A program made the position numbers and the translations under genes. A stretch of DNA of 64,000 nt, taken from IMG/VR virus record IMGVR_UViG_3300017917_004222, positions 1 through 64,000 of that record, one strand, 5' to 3'. The notes beneath the pieces were generated by a model, which ran no database searches, was not told where the DNA came from, and was given only the letters and a program-made list of their open reading frames with translations. Source of the DNA: a virus. Below, piece after piece: positions 5,187 to 12,589 of the stretch. Position 1 is the stretch's first letter, and each line of letters begins with the position of its first letter.

Positions 5187-5600
5187 ATGAAACATTTGAT
5201 TTTGGCTCTGGCTCTGTTGTTGGCAGTTCCAGCACAGGCACAAGACATTCCTGCTCGCTTTGATGTGCATACTGACTTGAGGCCGTTTGTGACTTGGATT
5301 GCCCAGCACACCCGGTTCCGGGATGCAGATCGCATCACCAGTGATGAAGTGCCAGAAATTGTGTTTCTCAACGGCAGCGACTACATGCGATTGGTTCGTG
5401 TGTGGGGGCTGGCAGCATACTCTCCAGAGATCAACACCATTGCGGTGAACATGGATCTGGATGGCAATCGAGCAGATGTGCTCATACACGAGTTGATTCA
5501 CTTTTATCAATGGCGTCAAGAATCCTGGGACCGAGGAGACAACGATTCCCGTGAGCGCGAAGCACAACAAATACAGCGCCAGTTTTTGACACGTCAATGA
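5187..5600 (+). CDS. secreted zincin-like metallopeptidase
   Basis: signal peptide ending AQA; LIHELIH HExxH motif. Confidence 0.7.
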   Translation: MKHLILALALLLAVPAQAQDIPARFDVHTDLRPFVTWIAQHTRFRDADRITSDEVPEIVFLNGSDYMRLVRVWGLAAYSPEINTIAVNMDLDGNRADVLIHELIHFYQWRQESWDRGDNDSREREAQQIQRQFLTRQ

Positions 5601-5605
5601 TCACA

Positions 5606-5680
5606 CTCCCCGTAGTTCAATGGATAGAACCACCCTCTCCTAAAGGGTAAATGGCAGTTCGATCCTGTCCAGGGAGACCA
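5606..5680 (+). tRNA. tRNA-Arg(CCT)
   Basis: loop CT-CCT-AA, CCA. Confidence 0.9.
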
Positions 5681-5685
5681 ACACA

Positions 5686-5761
5686 GGACGATTAGCTCAG
5701 TTGGTAGAGCGCCTCCTCGACACGGAGAAGGTCAGTGGTTCAAATCCACTATCGTTCACCA
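5686..5761 (+). tRNA. tRNA-Val(GAC)
   Basis: loop TC-GAC-AC, CCA. Confidence 0.9.
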
Positions 5762-5766
5762 CACAT

Positions 5767-5844
5767 GCCCCGATGGTGGAATTTGGCAGACACGCTGCGT
5801 TCAGGTCGCAGTTTCTGAGGGTTCGAGTCCCTCTTGGGGTACCA
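5767..5844 (+). tRNA. tRNA-Leu(CAG) lacking the long variable arm
   Basis: Leu-type D-loop GGCAGACAC, loop TT-CAG-GT, V-loop only TTTC. Confidence 0.85.
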
Positions 5845-5850
5845 AGTTCA

Positions 5851-5911
5851 AGGATGCATTCAGCAAACAACTTTTTTCACTTTTTGGCTGTGAAAAGCAA
5901 ACTGCATCCTG
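5851..5911 (+). ncRNA. CAGCAA-motif armless tRNA-like RNA, copy 3 (loop TT-TTG-GC)
   Basis: AGGATGC/GCATCCT+G, ATTCAGCAA, TTTTCAC/GTGAAAA hairpin. Confidence 0.72.
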
Positions 5912-5922
5912 TCGTTTTTGAA

Positions 5923-6007
5923 GCCTTTGTGGAGGAATTGGTAGACTCGCAGCGTTGAGGTCGCTGTGCCGAAAGGCGTGCAGGTTCGAGTCCTGTCAAA
6001 GGCACCA
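5923..6007 (+). tRNA. tRNA-Leu(GAG)
   Basis: long V-arm, loop TT-GAG-GT, CCA. Confidence 0.95.
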
Positions 6008-6015
6008 TTATTAAT

Positions 6016-6087
6016 TGGCTCACTCTGGCAGATCTCGTGGGGTCCAAACCCGTCGAGTCCCAGGTTCGATTCCCGGAGGGCCAGCCA
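6016..6087 (+). tRNA. degenerate tRNA-Trp(CCA)-like
   Basis: loop GT-CCA-AA, T-loop, G-CCA end; poor D-arm. Confidence 0.5.
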
Positions 6088-6092
6088 TTTTT

Positions 6093-6252
6093 GTAGCAAC
6101 CAGTCCCGCGATAATCCAGCTGTGGAGACACTGTCCGGACCGTGGTAAAGGTACTGTGTAAAAGGCGTTGCGAGAGTTGTGTGCGCTCACTGATCACACA
6201 AGCTGCTAAAGATCGAAGCGCAAACTAATAGAGTTGTGTCTCTGCCTGCTAC
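6093..6252 (+). ncRNA. candidate structured ncRNA (about 160 nt)
   Basis: GTAGCA/TGCTAC, GAGACAC/GTGTCTC and TTGTGTG/CACACAA stems; possible TGCGCT/AGCGCA pseudoknot. Confidence 0.5.
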
Positions 6253-6259
6253 CCTTTTT

Positions 6260-6475
6260 TGCAAACAGAAAAACGTGCGGGGGCAATACCCCTTGGAGCT
6301 CTGGCCCTGGTAAGGCAACTGCATCTCCTATGGATCAGTTGGACGGATGAGAGGTCCGTCACTGTTGCCGGTGTAAAGAATTATCTATTGTGGAATGCCG
6401 CGTGATGCCTTTGTAGTGCAAACCCCGCATCGATGGTTCACAGCCACACGCCCCGGCGAAACCGGACTGTTTGCA
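6260..6475 (+). ncRNA. candidate structured ncRNA (about 215 nt)
   Basis: TGCAAACAG/CTGTTTGCA closing stem; TGCGGGG/CCCCGCA, CAACTG/CAGTTG, GACGGA/TCCGTC, CCGG/CCGG. Confidence 0.55.
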
Positions 6476-6488
6476 CCCGAAAGAATGT

Positions 6489-6698
6489 ATGTACAAGATA
6501 GATGAAAAAGAATTCGCTGACCTAGAGTCAGCAATGGCGCATGCCCGAACACTAGATCAGTTTGTGACCATTGAGGGTCCAGATTTTGAAGTGTGCGGGC
6601 GCTTTGGTGTCGACACCATCCGTGACGGGCTTTGCCCAGACGGAGTGGCGTATGACTGGAACAAAGCCAGCCGTATTGGTGCTACCCGGCGCCGATGA
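6489..6698 (+). CDS. hypothetical protein
   Basis: ORF MYKIDEKEFADLESA... between RNA genes. Confidence 0.7.
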   Translation: MYKIDEKEFADLESAMAHARTLDQFVTIEGPDFEVCGRFGVDTIRDGLCPDGVAYDWNKASRIGATRRR

Positions 6699-6707
6699 AC
6701 CAAATAT

Positions 6708-6782
6708 GGGGGCAGCAGAGGGCTGCGGCGTTGCCTGGCAGGCATCGTGTCTAGAGGGGATCGTTACCCCCGGCCTCCACCA
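6708..6782 (+). tRNA. degenerate tRNA-Ala(GGC)
   Basis: G3:U70, A73, loop CT-GGC-AG, T-loop ATCGTTA. Confidence 0.6.
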
Positions 6783-6787
6783 AGTCA

Positions 6788-6892
6788 AGGATGACTACAG
6801 CAACATAAAACTTCTCCAACCACTTTTCTGGAGGCCAGCCCAGTAGGGGGCGTGTCGTGGGTTCGACTCCCGGCTTTAGACACATCATCCTG
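6788..6892 (+). ncRNA. CAGCAA-motif RNA, copy 4 (long form with T-loop arm)
   Basis: AGGATGA/TCATCCT+G, CTACAGCAA, internal hairpins including GGGTTCGACTCCC. Confidence 0.7.
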
Positions 6893-6902
6893 TCATTTTC
6901 AA

Positions 6903-6979
6903 CTCCGTATGGCGCAGCCAGGTAGCGCACTTGTCTGGGGGACAAGGGGTCGCAGGTTCGAACCCTGCTACGGAGACCA
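6903..6979 (+). tRNA. tRNA-Pro(GGG)
   Basis: loop CT-GGG-GG, CCA. Confidence 0.92.
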
Positions 6980-7072
6980 ACATGGTTTACATAAACCAAG
7001 AATTCAAGTAGACTATATACTTGAACAACCCGCCCGGTGGTTGCGATCCCGGGCACATTCAGAAAGCACCAT

Positions 7073-7543
7073 ATGAAAAAGCTAGATCTCGACGAAGTCA
7101 AACGATTCATCGACGCTCAATCCCCGGAGACCAAAATCTACCTGGGTTGCGACAGTGAACGACTCAAAATCGATGGCAAATGGTACGCGGACTACATCCT
7201 GGCCGTCGTGGTGCACATCAACGGCAACAACGGTTGCAAAATTTTCGGTGAAGTGCAGCGCGAACCTGTGTGGGATGCCAAGCCCGGCAAACCTGCCATG
7301 CGACTCATGACAGAAGTTTACAAAGTGTCCGAACTGTATCTCAAGCTGGCCGAAGTGCTGGATGGGCGACAGGTGGAAGTGCACTTGGACATCAACCCTG
7401 ATGAAGAATTCGGCTCCAGCTGTGTGATCAGCCAGGCCGTGGGCTACATCAAGGGCACCTGCAACGTGGTTCCATTCGTGAAGCCGCATGCATTTGCTGC
7501 CAGCTACGCTGCCGATCGATTCAAAGGTCTGCGAGCAGCCTAA
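7073..7543 (+). CDS. RNase H-like YkuK/DUF458 family protein
   Basis: IYLGCDS...E...VHLDIN...AASYAADR motifs. Confidence 0.8.
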   Translation: MKKLDLDEVKRFIDAQSPETKIYLGCDSERLKIDGKWYADYILAVVVHINGNNGCKIFGEVQREPVWDAKPGKPAMRLMTEVYKVSELYLKLAEVLDGRQVEVHLDINPDEEFGSSCVISQAVGYIKGTCNVVPFVKPHAFAASYAADRFKGLRAA

Positions 7544-7554
7544 AAACTATTATG

Positions 7555-7600
7555 GCCCCCGTCAGTTGCCTACCAGGGACTGCTCGGGGGTTTTTCTTTG
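7555..7600 (+). terminator. probable intrinsic terminator
   Basis: CCCCCG...CGGGGG stem followed by a T-tract. Confidence 0.55.
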
Positions 7601-7628
7601 GCCGCAGTGACCACCACCAATGACACGC

Positions 7629-7692
7629 ATAGACAATCCCAATAGAAAAACCTAATATTTCGCTTGCTTTCATTGCTATATACTATTACAAT
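7629..7692 (+). promoter_or_regulatory. ahpC promoter with possible OxyR/LysR boxes
   Basis: ATAG-N7-CAAT and ATAG-N7-TAAT upstream of TTGCTT-N17-TACAAT. Confidence 0.4.
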
Positions 7693-7742
7693 ATCAACAC
7701 AGTGTTAGCGCACTGATCTACATTCATCAACCAAGGAGAAAC

Positions 7743-8285
7743 ATGAAAACAGTAGGACACAAACTTGACAACTTCGTCGTGACCGGCGTTCGCCCAGGCC
7801 AGCCTGAGGACGCATTCTTTGACATCAACCAAGACAGCTTCCCTGGCAAGTGGAAGGTGATCGTTTATTACCCCAAGGATTTCACATTCGTGTGCCCCAC
7901 TGAAATCGTGGCATACGACCGGCTGGCCGGTGACTTTGAGGACCGTGATGCTGTGCTGTTGACTGGTTCAACTGACAACGAGTTCTGCAAAGTGGCTTGG
8001 CAAAACGCCCATGCCGACCTCAAGAAGATCACCCACACTCAGTTTGCCGATACCCAACGCGGTGAATTGAGCCTTGCTGAACAATTGGGCGTGTTCTACG
8101 CTCCAGCCGGTGCTGCACTGCGCGCCACTTTCATTGTTGACCCAGACAACGTGATTCAACACGTGACTGTAAACAACCTCAACGTGGGCCGCTCACCAGA
8201 AGAAACATTGCGTATTCTTGATTCTCTACAAACGGGAGAGTTATGTCAGTGTAACAGAAAGATTGGCGAAGCGACCTTAGGCTAA
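7743..8285 (+). CDS. ahpC: peroxiredoxin, alkyl hydroperoxide reductase C
   Basis: YPKDFTFVCPTE peroxidatic motif; GRSPEETLR..GELC. Confidence 0.97.
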   Translation: MKTVGHKLDNFVVTGVRPGQPEDAFFDINQDSFPGKWKVIVYYPKDFTFVCPTEIVAYDRLAGDFEDRDAVLLTGSTDNEFCKVAWQNAHADLKKITHTQFADTQRGELSLAEQLGVFYAPAGAALRATFIVDPDNVIQHVTVNNLNVGRSPEETLRILDSLQTGELCQCNRKIGEATLG

Positions 8286-8304
8286 TAGATTATTGGGTTG
8301 GGAA

Positions 8305-8371
8305 TAAATAAAGTTGTAGTTCGCGGGATTGCCGTCCCCAACTACTCTAATGCTAAAGAGGAGCACCAGCA
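8305..8371 (+). promoter_or_regulatory. late promoter plus structured leader of homing endonuclease
   Basis: TAAATA; GTAGTT/AACTAC hairpin; CTCT/AGAG and TGCT/AGCA pairings over the SD. Confidence 0.6.
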
Positions 8372-9166
8372 ATGATATTTATTCCCAACCGTCACACTCG
8401 TATCTATTATTCAATAGTTGAGAAGGCACAACAACGATCTACTCTAAAATCTGTTTATACAGAATCTCACCATATAATCCCAAAATCATTGGGCGGTAGC
8501 GATGATAAAACTAACTTGGTAGATTTAACTTACAAAGAACACAGGCTCTGTCATAAACTCTTAGTAAAAATGACTCAAGGAAAAGCAAAGGGCAAAATGG
8601 CTTATGCTTTACTATTTTTTAGAGTTAGCGAATCAACCAAAAAAAGTTTAGTAAAATCTTTTAGCGATTATCGTAAAAGTTTGATACCTATAACTAATGG
8701 AATCGTAGATAAGTGGATACCTAAGGAAGAAGAAATACCACAAGGCTTTTGCCAAGGGTTCTCTCCTGCTATAGTTAAAAAGCACGGAGACGGTAACAGA
8801 GGTAAAAAATGGATTACTAATGGTATTGTATCGTATCAGATAAAAGATAACATCTTGCCAGAAGGATTTTATTGGGGTCAAGCAGAATACCATAAAGAGA
8901 AGAATAGCAAATCATTAAGCGGTGAGTTAAATCCTATGTATGGAAAACAAGGACAAGAACACCCAGCGTATGGTTACAAACATACCGACGATATGCTACA
9001 GTATCTTTCGCAGTCAAAACAGGGAAATAAAAATCCTATGTATGGAAAACTGCCCCATAATGCTAAGGCCATTGAAGTGAATGGTGTTTTATACAAATCC
9101 GTTTCAGAAGCAAGGCAGAAAACTGGTTTGTCAAGAAGAACAATAGAAAAACTTTACAAGGAATAA
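8372..9166 (+). CDS. HNH homing endonuclease with NUMOD3 repeats
   Basis: ESHHIIPKSLGGSDDKTNLVDLTYKEHRLCH; NPMYGK repeats; AT-rich. Confidence 0.93.
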   Translation: MIFIPNRHTRIYYSIVEKAQQRSTLKSVYTESHHIIPKSLGGSDDKTNLVDLTYKEHRLCHKLLVKMTQGKAKGKMAYALLFFRVSESTKKSLVKSFSDYRKSLIPITNGIVDKWIPKEEEIPQGFCQGFSPAIVKKHGDGNRGKKWITNGIVSYQIKDNILPEGFYWGQAEYHKEKNSKSLSGELNPMYGKQGQEHPAYGYKHTDDMLQYLSQSKQGNKNPMYGKLPHNAKAIEVNGVLYKSVSEARQKTGLSRRTIEKLYKE

Positions 9167-9170
9167 CAAA

Positions 9171-9686
9171 ATGACCCAATGGGTAGACCAACTGAAAGAA
9201 ACCATCCCTGACTATGCCAAGGATGCTCGGCTCAACATCGACGCTGTGATCAAGCGCAGCACCTTGCCAGTGGAGGAAGCCGAAGCTGTGGCCTTGGCTG
9301 CTGCATTTGCCACTGGCAACACCAAGTTCTGGACTTGGTTGCACAGCGTGGTCGCCAACCGTGTGGAGGCCGATGCTGCAGTCACTGCTGGCAGCATCAT
9401 GGCTCAAAACAACACCTGGTACCCCTATGTTGAAATGGCCGACGATGAGCAACTCAAGGGACTGCCAGCTCAGCTGAGAATGAATGCCATTGCCACTCAC
9501 GGTGGAACCACAAAGGCTCGTTTTGAAGCCTACAGCCTGGCAGCGTCGATTGTGGGCAAGTGCCATTTCTGCGTCAAGGCTCACTACGAGACCTTGAAAC
9601 AGGAAGGTTACACGGTGGAGCAACTGCGTGACATCGGTCGCATTGCTGCTGTGATCAATTCGGTAAGCCGAGTGCTTGCTGGCTGA
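9171..9686 (+). CDS. ahpD: alkylhydroperoxidase AhpD
   Basis: IPDYAKDARLN; SIVGKCHFCVKAH CxxC. Confidence 0.93.
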   Translation: MTQWVDQLKETIPDYAKDARLNIDAVIKRSTLPVEEAEAVALAAAFATGNTKFWTWLHSVVANRVEADAAVTAGSIMAQNNTWYPYVEMADDEQLKGLPAQLRMNAIATHGGTTKARFEAYSLAASIVGKCHFCVKAHYETLKQEGYTVEQLRDIGRIAAVINSVSRVLAG

Positions 9687-9743
9687 CACAATATCTGCTA
9701 CAATAGTGAAACAGTCACCGCACTGTTTCACTGTTGGAGTAAC

Positions 9744-10001
9744 ATGAGCAACAAACTGGCAAAATTCATCAACAGCCGTCGACGACACAAAACTGATGTG
9801 GCCATTGCCCGGCAACTGAGAATCGCCCAACAACGCACCTCTGATCCCAACCACCCTGGAGTTCGACAGCCGCATCGTCATGCCAAACGGCATGCTATGG
9901 ACTGTGGCAATCCCCGGTGTTTCCTGTGTGGTAACCCGCGCAAGATTCACAAGGATCGCTTGACCTATCAGGAAAAGAAACTGTTTCAACCACTTGATTG
10001 A
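9744..10001 (+). CDS. basic Cys-containing hypothetical protein
   Basis: CGNPRCFLCGNPR; SD present. Confidence 0.75.
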   Translation: MSNKLAKFINSRRRHKTDVAIARQLRIAQQRTSDPNHPGVRQPHRHAKRHAMDCGNPRCFLCGNPRKIHKDRLTYQEKKLFQPLD

Positions 10002-10010
10002 CCATTGACC

Positions 10011-10265
10011 ATGAACAAACAAATTTACAAGAGTGACCCCACTGACGGTTTGTCCAACGAGGAGGCAGTGTCTGCCGTTGGCAACCGCTATGACCTGGTG
10101 CTGATTGCTGCGCGTCGAGTTCGAGAACTGGCACATGGCGGCTATCGACCCAAGATCGCAACACCACATGGTCCGGTGTTGACTGCACTGAAAGAAATCG
10201 AACAGGGCAAAGTGGATCGGTCATATTTGCTCAAGCCAACTGAGCTGGCACAACGCAAAAGGTAA
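10011..10265 (+). CDS. rpoZ: RNA polymerase omega subunit homologue
   Basis: AVSAVGNRYDLVLIAARRVREL...ALKEIEQGKV matches the omega signature. Confidence 0.88.
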   Translation: MNKQIYKSDPTDGLSNEEAVSAVGNRYDLVLIAARRVRELAHGGYRPKIATPHGPVLTALKEIEQGKVDRSYLLKPTELAQRKR

Positions 10266-10268
10266 CGC

Positions 10269-10673
10269 ATGACTCGTCGCTTGTGGGATAGCATTGATGG
10301 TTCCCTGCTAAAGAGCCTGCCAAACGCGGCAAGGGGCTACGAGCAACGAATCACCATTCCTGAGTTTACATTCCTTGGGGTCAAGGACCAACCCGATTTT
10401 GGCCACATCACCATTTGGTTTTATGGCCGTGATCGCACCATTGAACTCAAAAGCCTCAAGGAATATCTGTTTCAGTATCGAGATACTGTGATCAGTTACG
10501 AACGAGCCGCCGATGTGCTGTTCAAGCACCTCATGGCAGCATATGAACCGGATCGCATCAGACTTGAAATTGAATTTAGGCCACGAGGTGGCATCAGCAG
10601 TCGTATGACTGTGGACAGTGACTGGGGCCATTTGGGTGGCACAGACTCACTGTGGCAACATCACAAAAACTAA
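10269..10673 (+). CDS. queF: QueF-like T-fold protein lacking the catalytic Cys
   Basis: [16 protein letters not shown] QueF motif, RGGI; no Cys in the protein. Confidence 0.8.
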   Translation: MTRRLWDSIDGSLLKSLPNAARGYEQRITIPEFTFLGVKDQPDFGHITIWFYGRDRTIELKSLKEYLFQYRDTVISYERAADVLFKHLMAAYEPDRIRLEIEFRPRGGISSRMTVDSDWGHLGGTDSLWQHHKN

Positions 10674-10674
10674 C

Positions 10675-11958
10675 ATGGATTACAAAGTAGCTGACATTGG
10701 ACTCGCAGACTGGGGTCGCAAAGAAATCACCATGGCCGAGCATGAAATGCCCGGTCTCATGGCAATACGCCAAGAGTACGCAGGACAAAAGCCACTGAGT
10801 GGCGCCCGCATCGCAGGGTCATTGCACATGACCATTCAAACAGCGGTGCTGATTGAGACCTTGGTGGAACTGGGTGCCAGTGTGCGCTGGAGTTCGTGCA
10901 ACATCTTCAGTACTCAGGATCACGCTGCCGCCGCCATTGCCGCTGCAGGAATCCCAGTGTTTGCCTGGAAGGGCGAAACCGAACAAGAATATTGGTGGTG
11001 CATTGAGCAAACAGTGTCGGGACCCGACGGCTGGCGACCAAATCTGTTGTTGGACGATGGGCACGATCTCACCCACTATGTGCACGAGCACCGTCCCGAT
11101 CTGTTGCGTGATATCCGTGGCGTGAGTGAAGAGACCACAACTGGAATTCACAAACTCATGGAACGTGTGGCCGCTGGTACCTTGGCCATCCCTGCCATCA
11201 ACGTCAATGACTCGGTGACCAAGAGCAAGTTCGACAACCTCTATGGCTGCAGAGAAAGCCTTGTGGATGCGATCAAACGTGCAACCGACGTCATGATTGC
11301 CGGCAAGATTGCTGTGGTGGCCGGGTACGGCGACGTGGGCAAAGGATCAGCACAGGCCCTGCGAGCCTTGAGTGCACAGGTCTGGGTTACTGAGATTGAT
11401 CCCATTTGCGCATTGCAAGCGGCCATGGAAGGCTTCCGTGTGGTAGACATGGATCAGGCCTGCCGCGAAGCTGACATTTTTGTCACTGCAACTGGCAACA
11501 TCAACGTGATCACAGCACAGCACATGTTGCAGATGAAACACAATGCTATTGTGTGCAACATTGGTCACTTTGACAGCGAGATTGACATTGCTGGCATTCA
11601 GGACGCACACTGGGACGAAATCAAGCCATTGGTGGATCAAGTCACCCTCAGCAACGGTCGCAAGATCATCATCTTGGCCAAAGGCCGCTTGGTGAACTTG
11701 GGCTGTGCAACTGGGCACCCCAGCTATGTCATGAGCAACAGCTTTACTAACCAAGTGTTGGCACAGATCGACTTGTGGCAGAATGGCAAAACCTACCAGC
11801 CTGGAGTGTACCTGCTGCCCAAGCACCTTGACGAAAAGGTTGCTCGACTGCACCTGGCGCAACTGGGTGCACAGCTGACCCAGCTGACTCCCGAACAGGC
11901 AGCCTACATCGGGGTAGACAGCAACGGTCCGTTCAAGCCCAACACCTATCGCTACTGA
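10675..11958 (+). CDS. ahcY: S-adenosylhomocysteine hydrolase
   Basis: [46 protein letters not shown]. Confidence 0.98.
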   Translation: MDYKVADIGLADWGRKEITMAEHEMPGLMAIRQEYAGQKPLSGARIAGSLHMTIQTAVLIETLVELGASVRWSSCNIFSTQDHAAAAIAAAGIPVFAWKGETEQEYWWCIEQTVSGPDGWRPNLLLDDGHDLTHYVHEHRPDLLRDIRGVSEETTTGIHKLMERVAAGTLAIPAINVNDSVTKSKFDNLYGCRESLVDAIKRATDVMIAGKIAVVAGYGDVGKGSAQALRALSAQVWVTEIDPICALQAAMEGFRVVDMDQACREADIFVTATGNINVITAQHMLQMKHNAIVCNIGHFDSEIDIAGIQDAHWDEIKPLVDQVTLSNGRKIIILAKGRLVNLGCATGHPSYVMSNSFTNQVLAQIDLWQNGKTYQPGVYLLPKHLDEKVARLHLAQLGAQLTQLTPEQAAYIGVDSNGPFKPNTYRY

Positions 11959-11960
11959 TC

Positions 11961-11989
11961 TTGACACAAAATCTCCTTGAGTGTACAAT
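11961..11989 (+). promoter_or_regulatory. early sigma70-type promoter
   Basis: TTGACA-N17-TACAAT. Confidence 0.75.
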
Positions 11990-12007
11990 GCACACAAGGA
12001 GATCAAC

Positions 12008-12448
12008 ATGCCTTGGATTCAAAATATTCCCTTGGCTGCTGTGGCCAAAAGGCATCACATCGCAGCCAAACCCAACTCCATGCTGATTCAGATCGTGGAT
12101 CCAGGAACCCCATTCCCGGTGCCAGCTCACGAGTTTCGCGAAGTGCATCAGTTTGAGTTCTTGGATGTGGAAGAGGACGGCATGACCAATGACGGATCAG
12201 GCAACTGGGTGGACTGCAGTGATCAAGCCTGCACCCCTGCCCAAGCTGCCGAGCTGGTGCGGCTGTTGCAGCATGCCTTGGACAACCGCATGGACGTGAT
12301 TGTGCACTGCCATGCTGGCATCTGCAGGTCTGGTGCTGTGGCCGAAGTGGGTGTGATGATGGGGTTCTGGGACACCAACACCTATCGTTCGCCCAACCTC
12401 TTGGTCAAACGGCTTATGATGCAGCACCTGGGCTGGACTTACGACTAA
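12008..12448 (+). CDS. CX5R (PTP/dual-specificity-like) phosphatase
   Basis: VHCHAGICRSG P-loop. Confidence 0.88.
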   Translation: MPWIQNIPLAAVAKRHHIAAKPNSMLIQIVDPGTPFPVPAHEFREVHQFEFLDVEEDGMTNDGSGNWVDCSDQACTPAQAAELVRLLQHALDNRMDVIVHCHAGICRSGAVAEVGVMMGFWDTNTYRSPNLLVKRLMMQHLGWTYD

Positions 12449-12505
12449 ACCAGTTTGCCCAAAACAGCACACACGAATGTCAGTGTGCTGTATAATGTGT
12501 TTTTA

Positions 12506-12562
12506 AGGATGCATTCAGCAACTTTTAAATTTCACTGCAAATGAAACCAAAAGCGCATCCTG
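12506..12562 (+). ncRNA. CAGCAA-motif armless tRNA-like RNA, copy 5 (loop CT-GCA-AA), in leader of DUF2828 gene
   Basis: AGGATGC/GCATCCT+G, ATTCAGCAA, TTTCA/TGAAA hairpin; TATAAT at 12491-12496. Confidence 0.75.
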
Positions 12563-12589
12563 TTGCATAATTCATAGAAAGGAAAAGCC

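Noticed and set aside
6093-6782. tmRNA or RNase P RNA
   Set aside because: No tag frame ending in an ALAA-like sequence, no tmRNA 5' signature and no RNase P conserved regions; the G3:U70 element at 6708 has a matching Ala anticodon.
359-12562. CRISPR array or simple terminators as the explanation for the CAGCAA repeats
   Set aside because: Copies are dispersed rather than regularly spaced, the stems covary, they lack U-tracts, and no cas genes are present.
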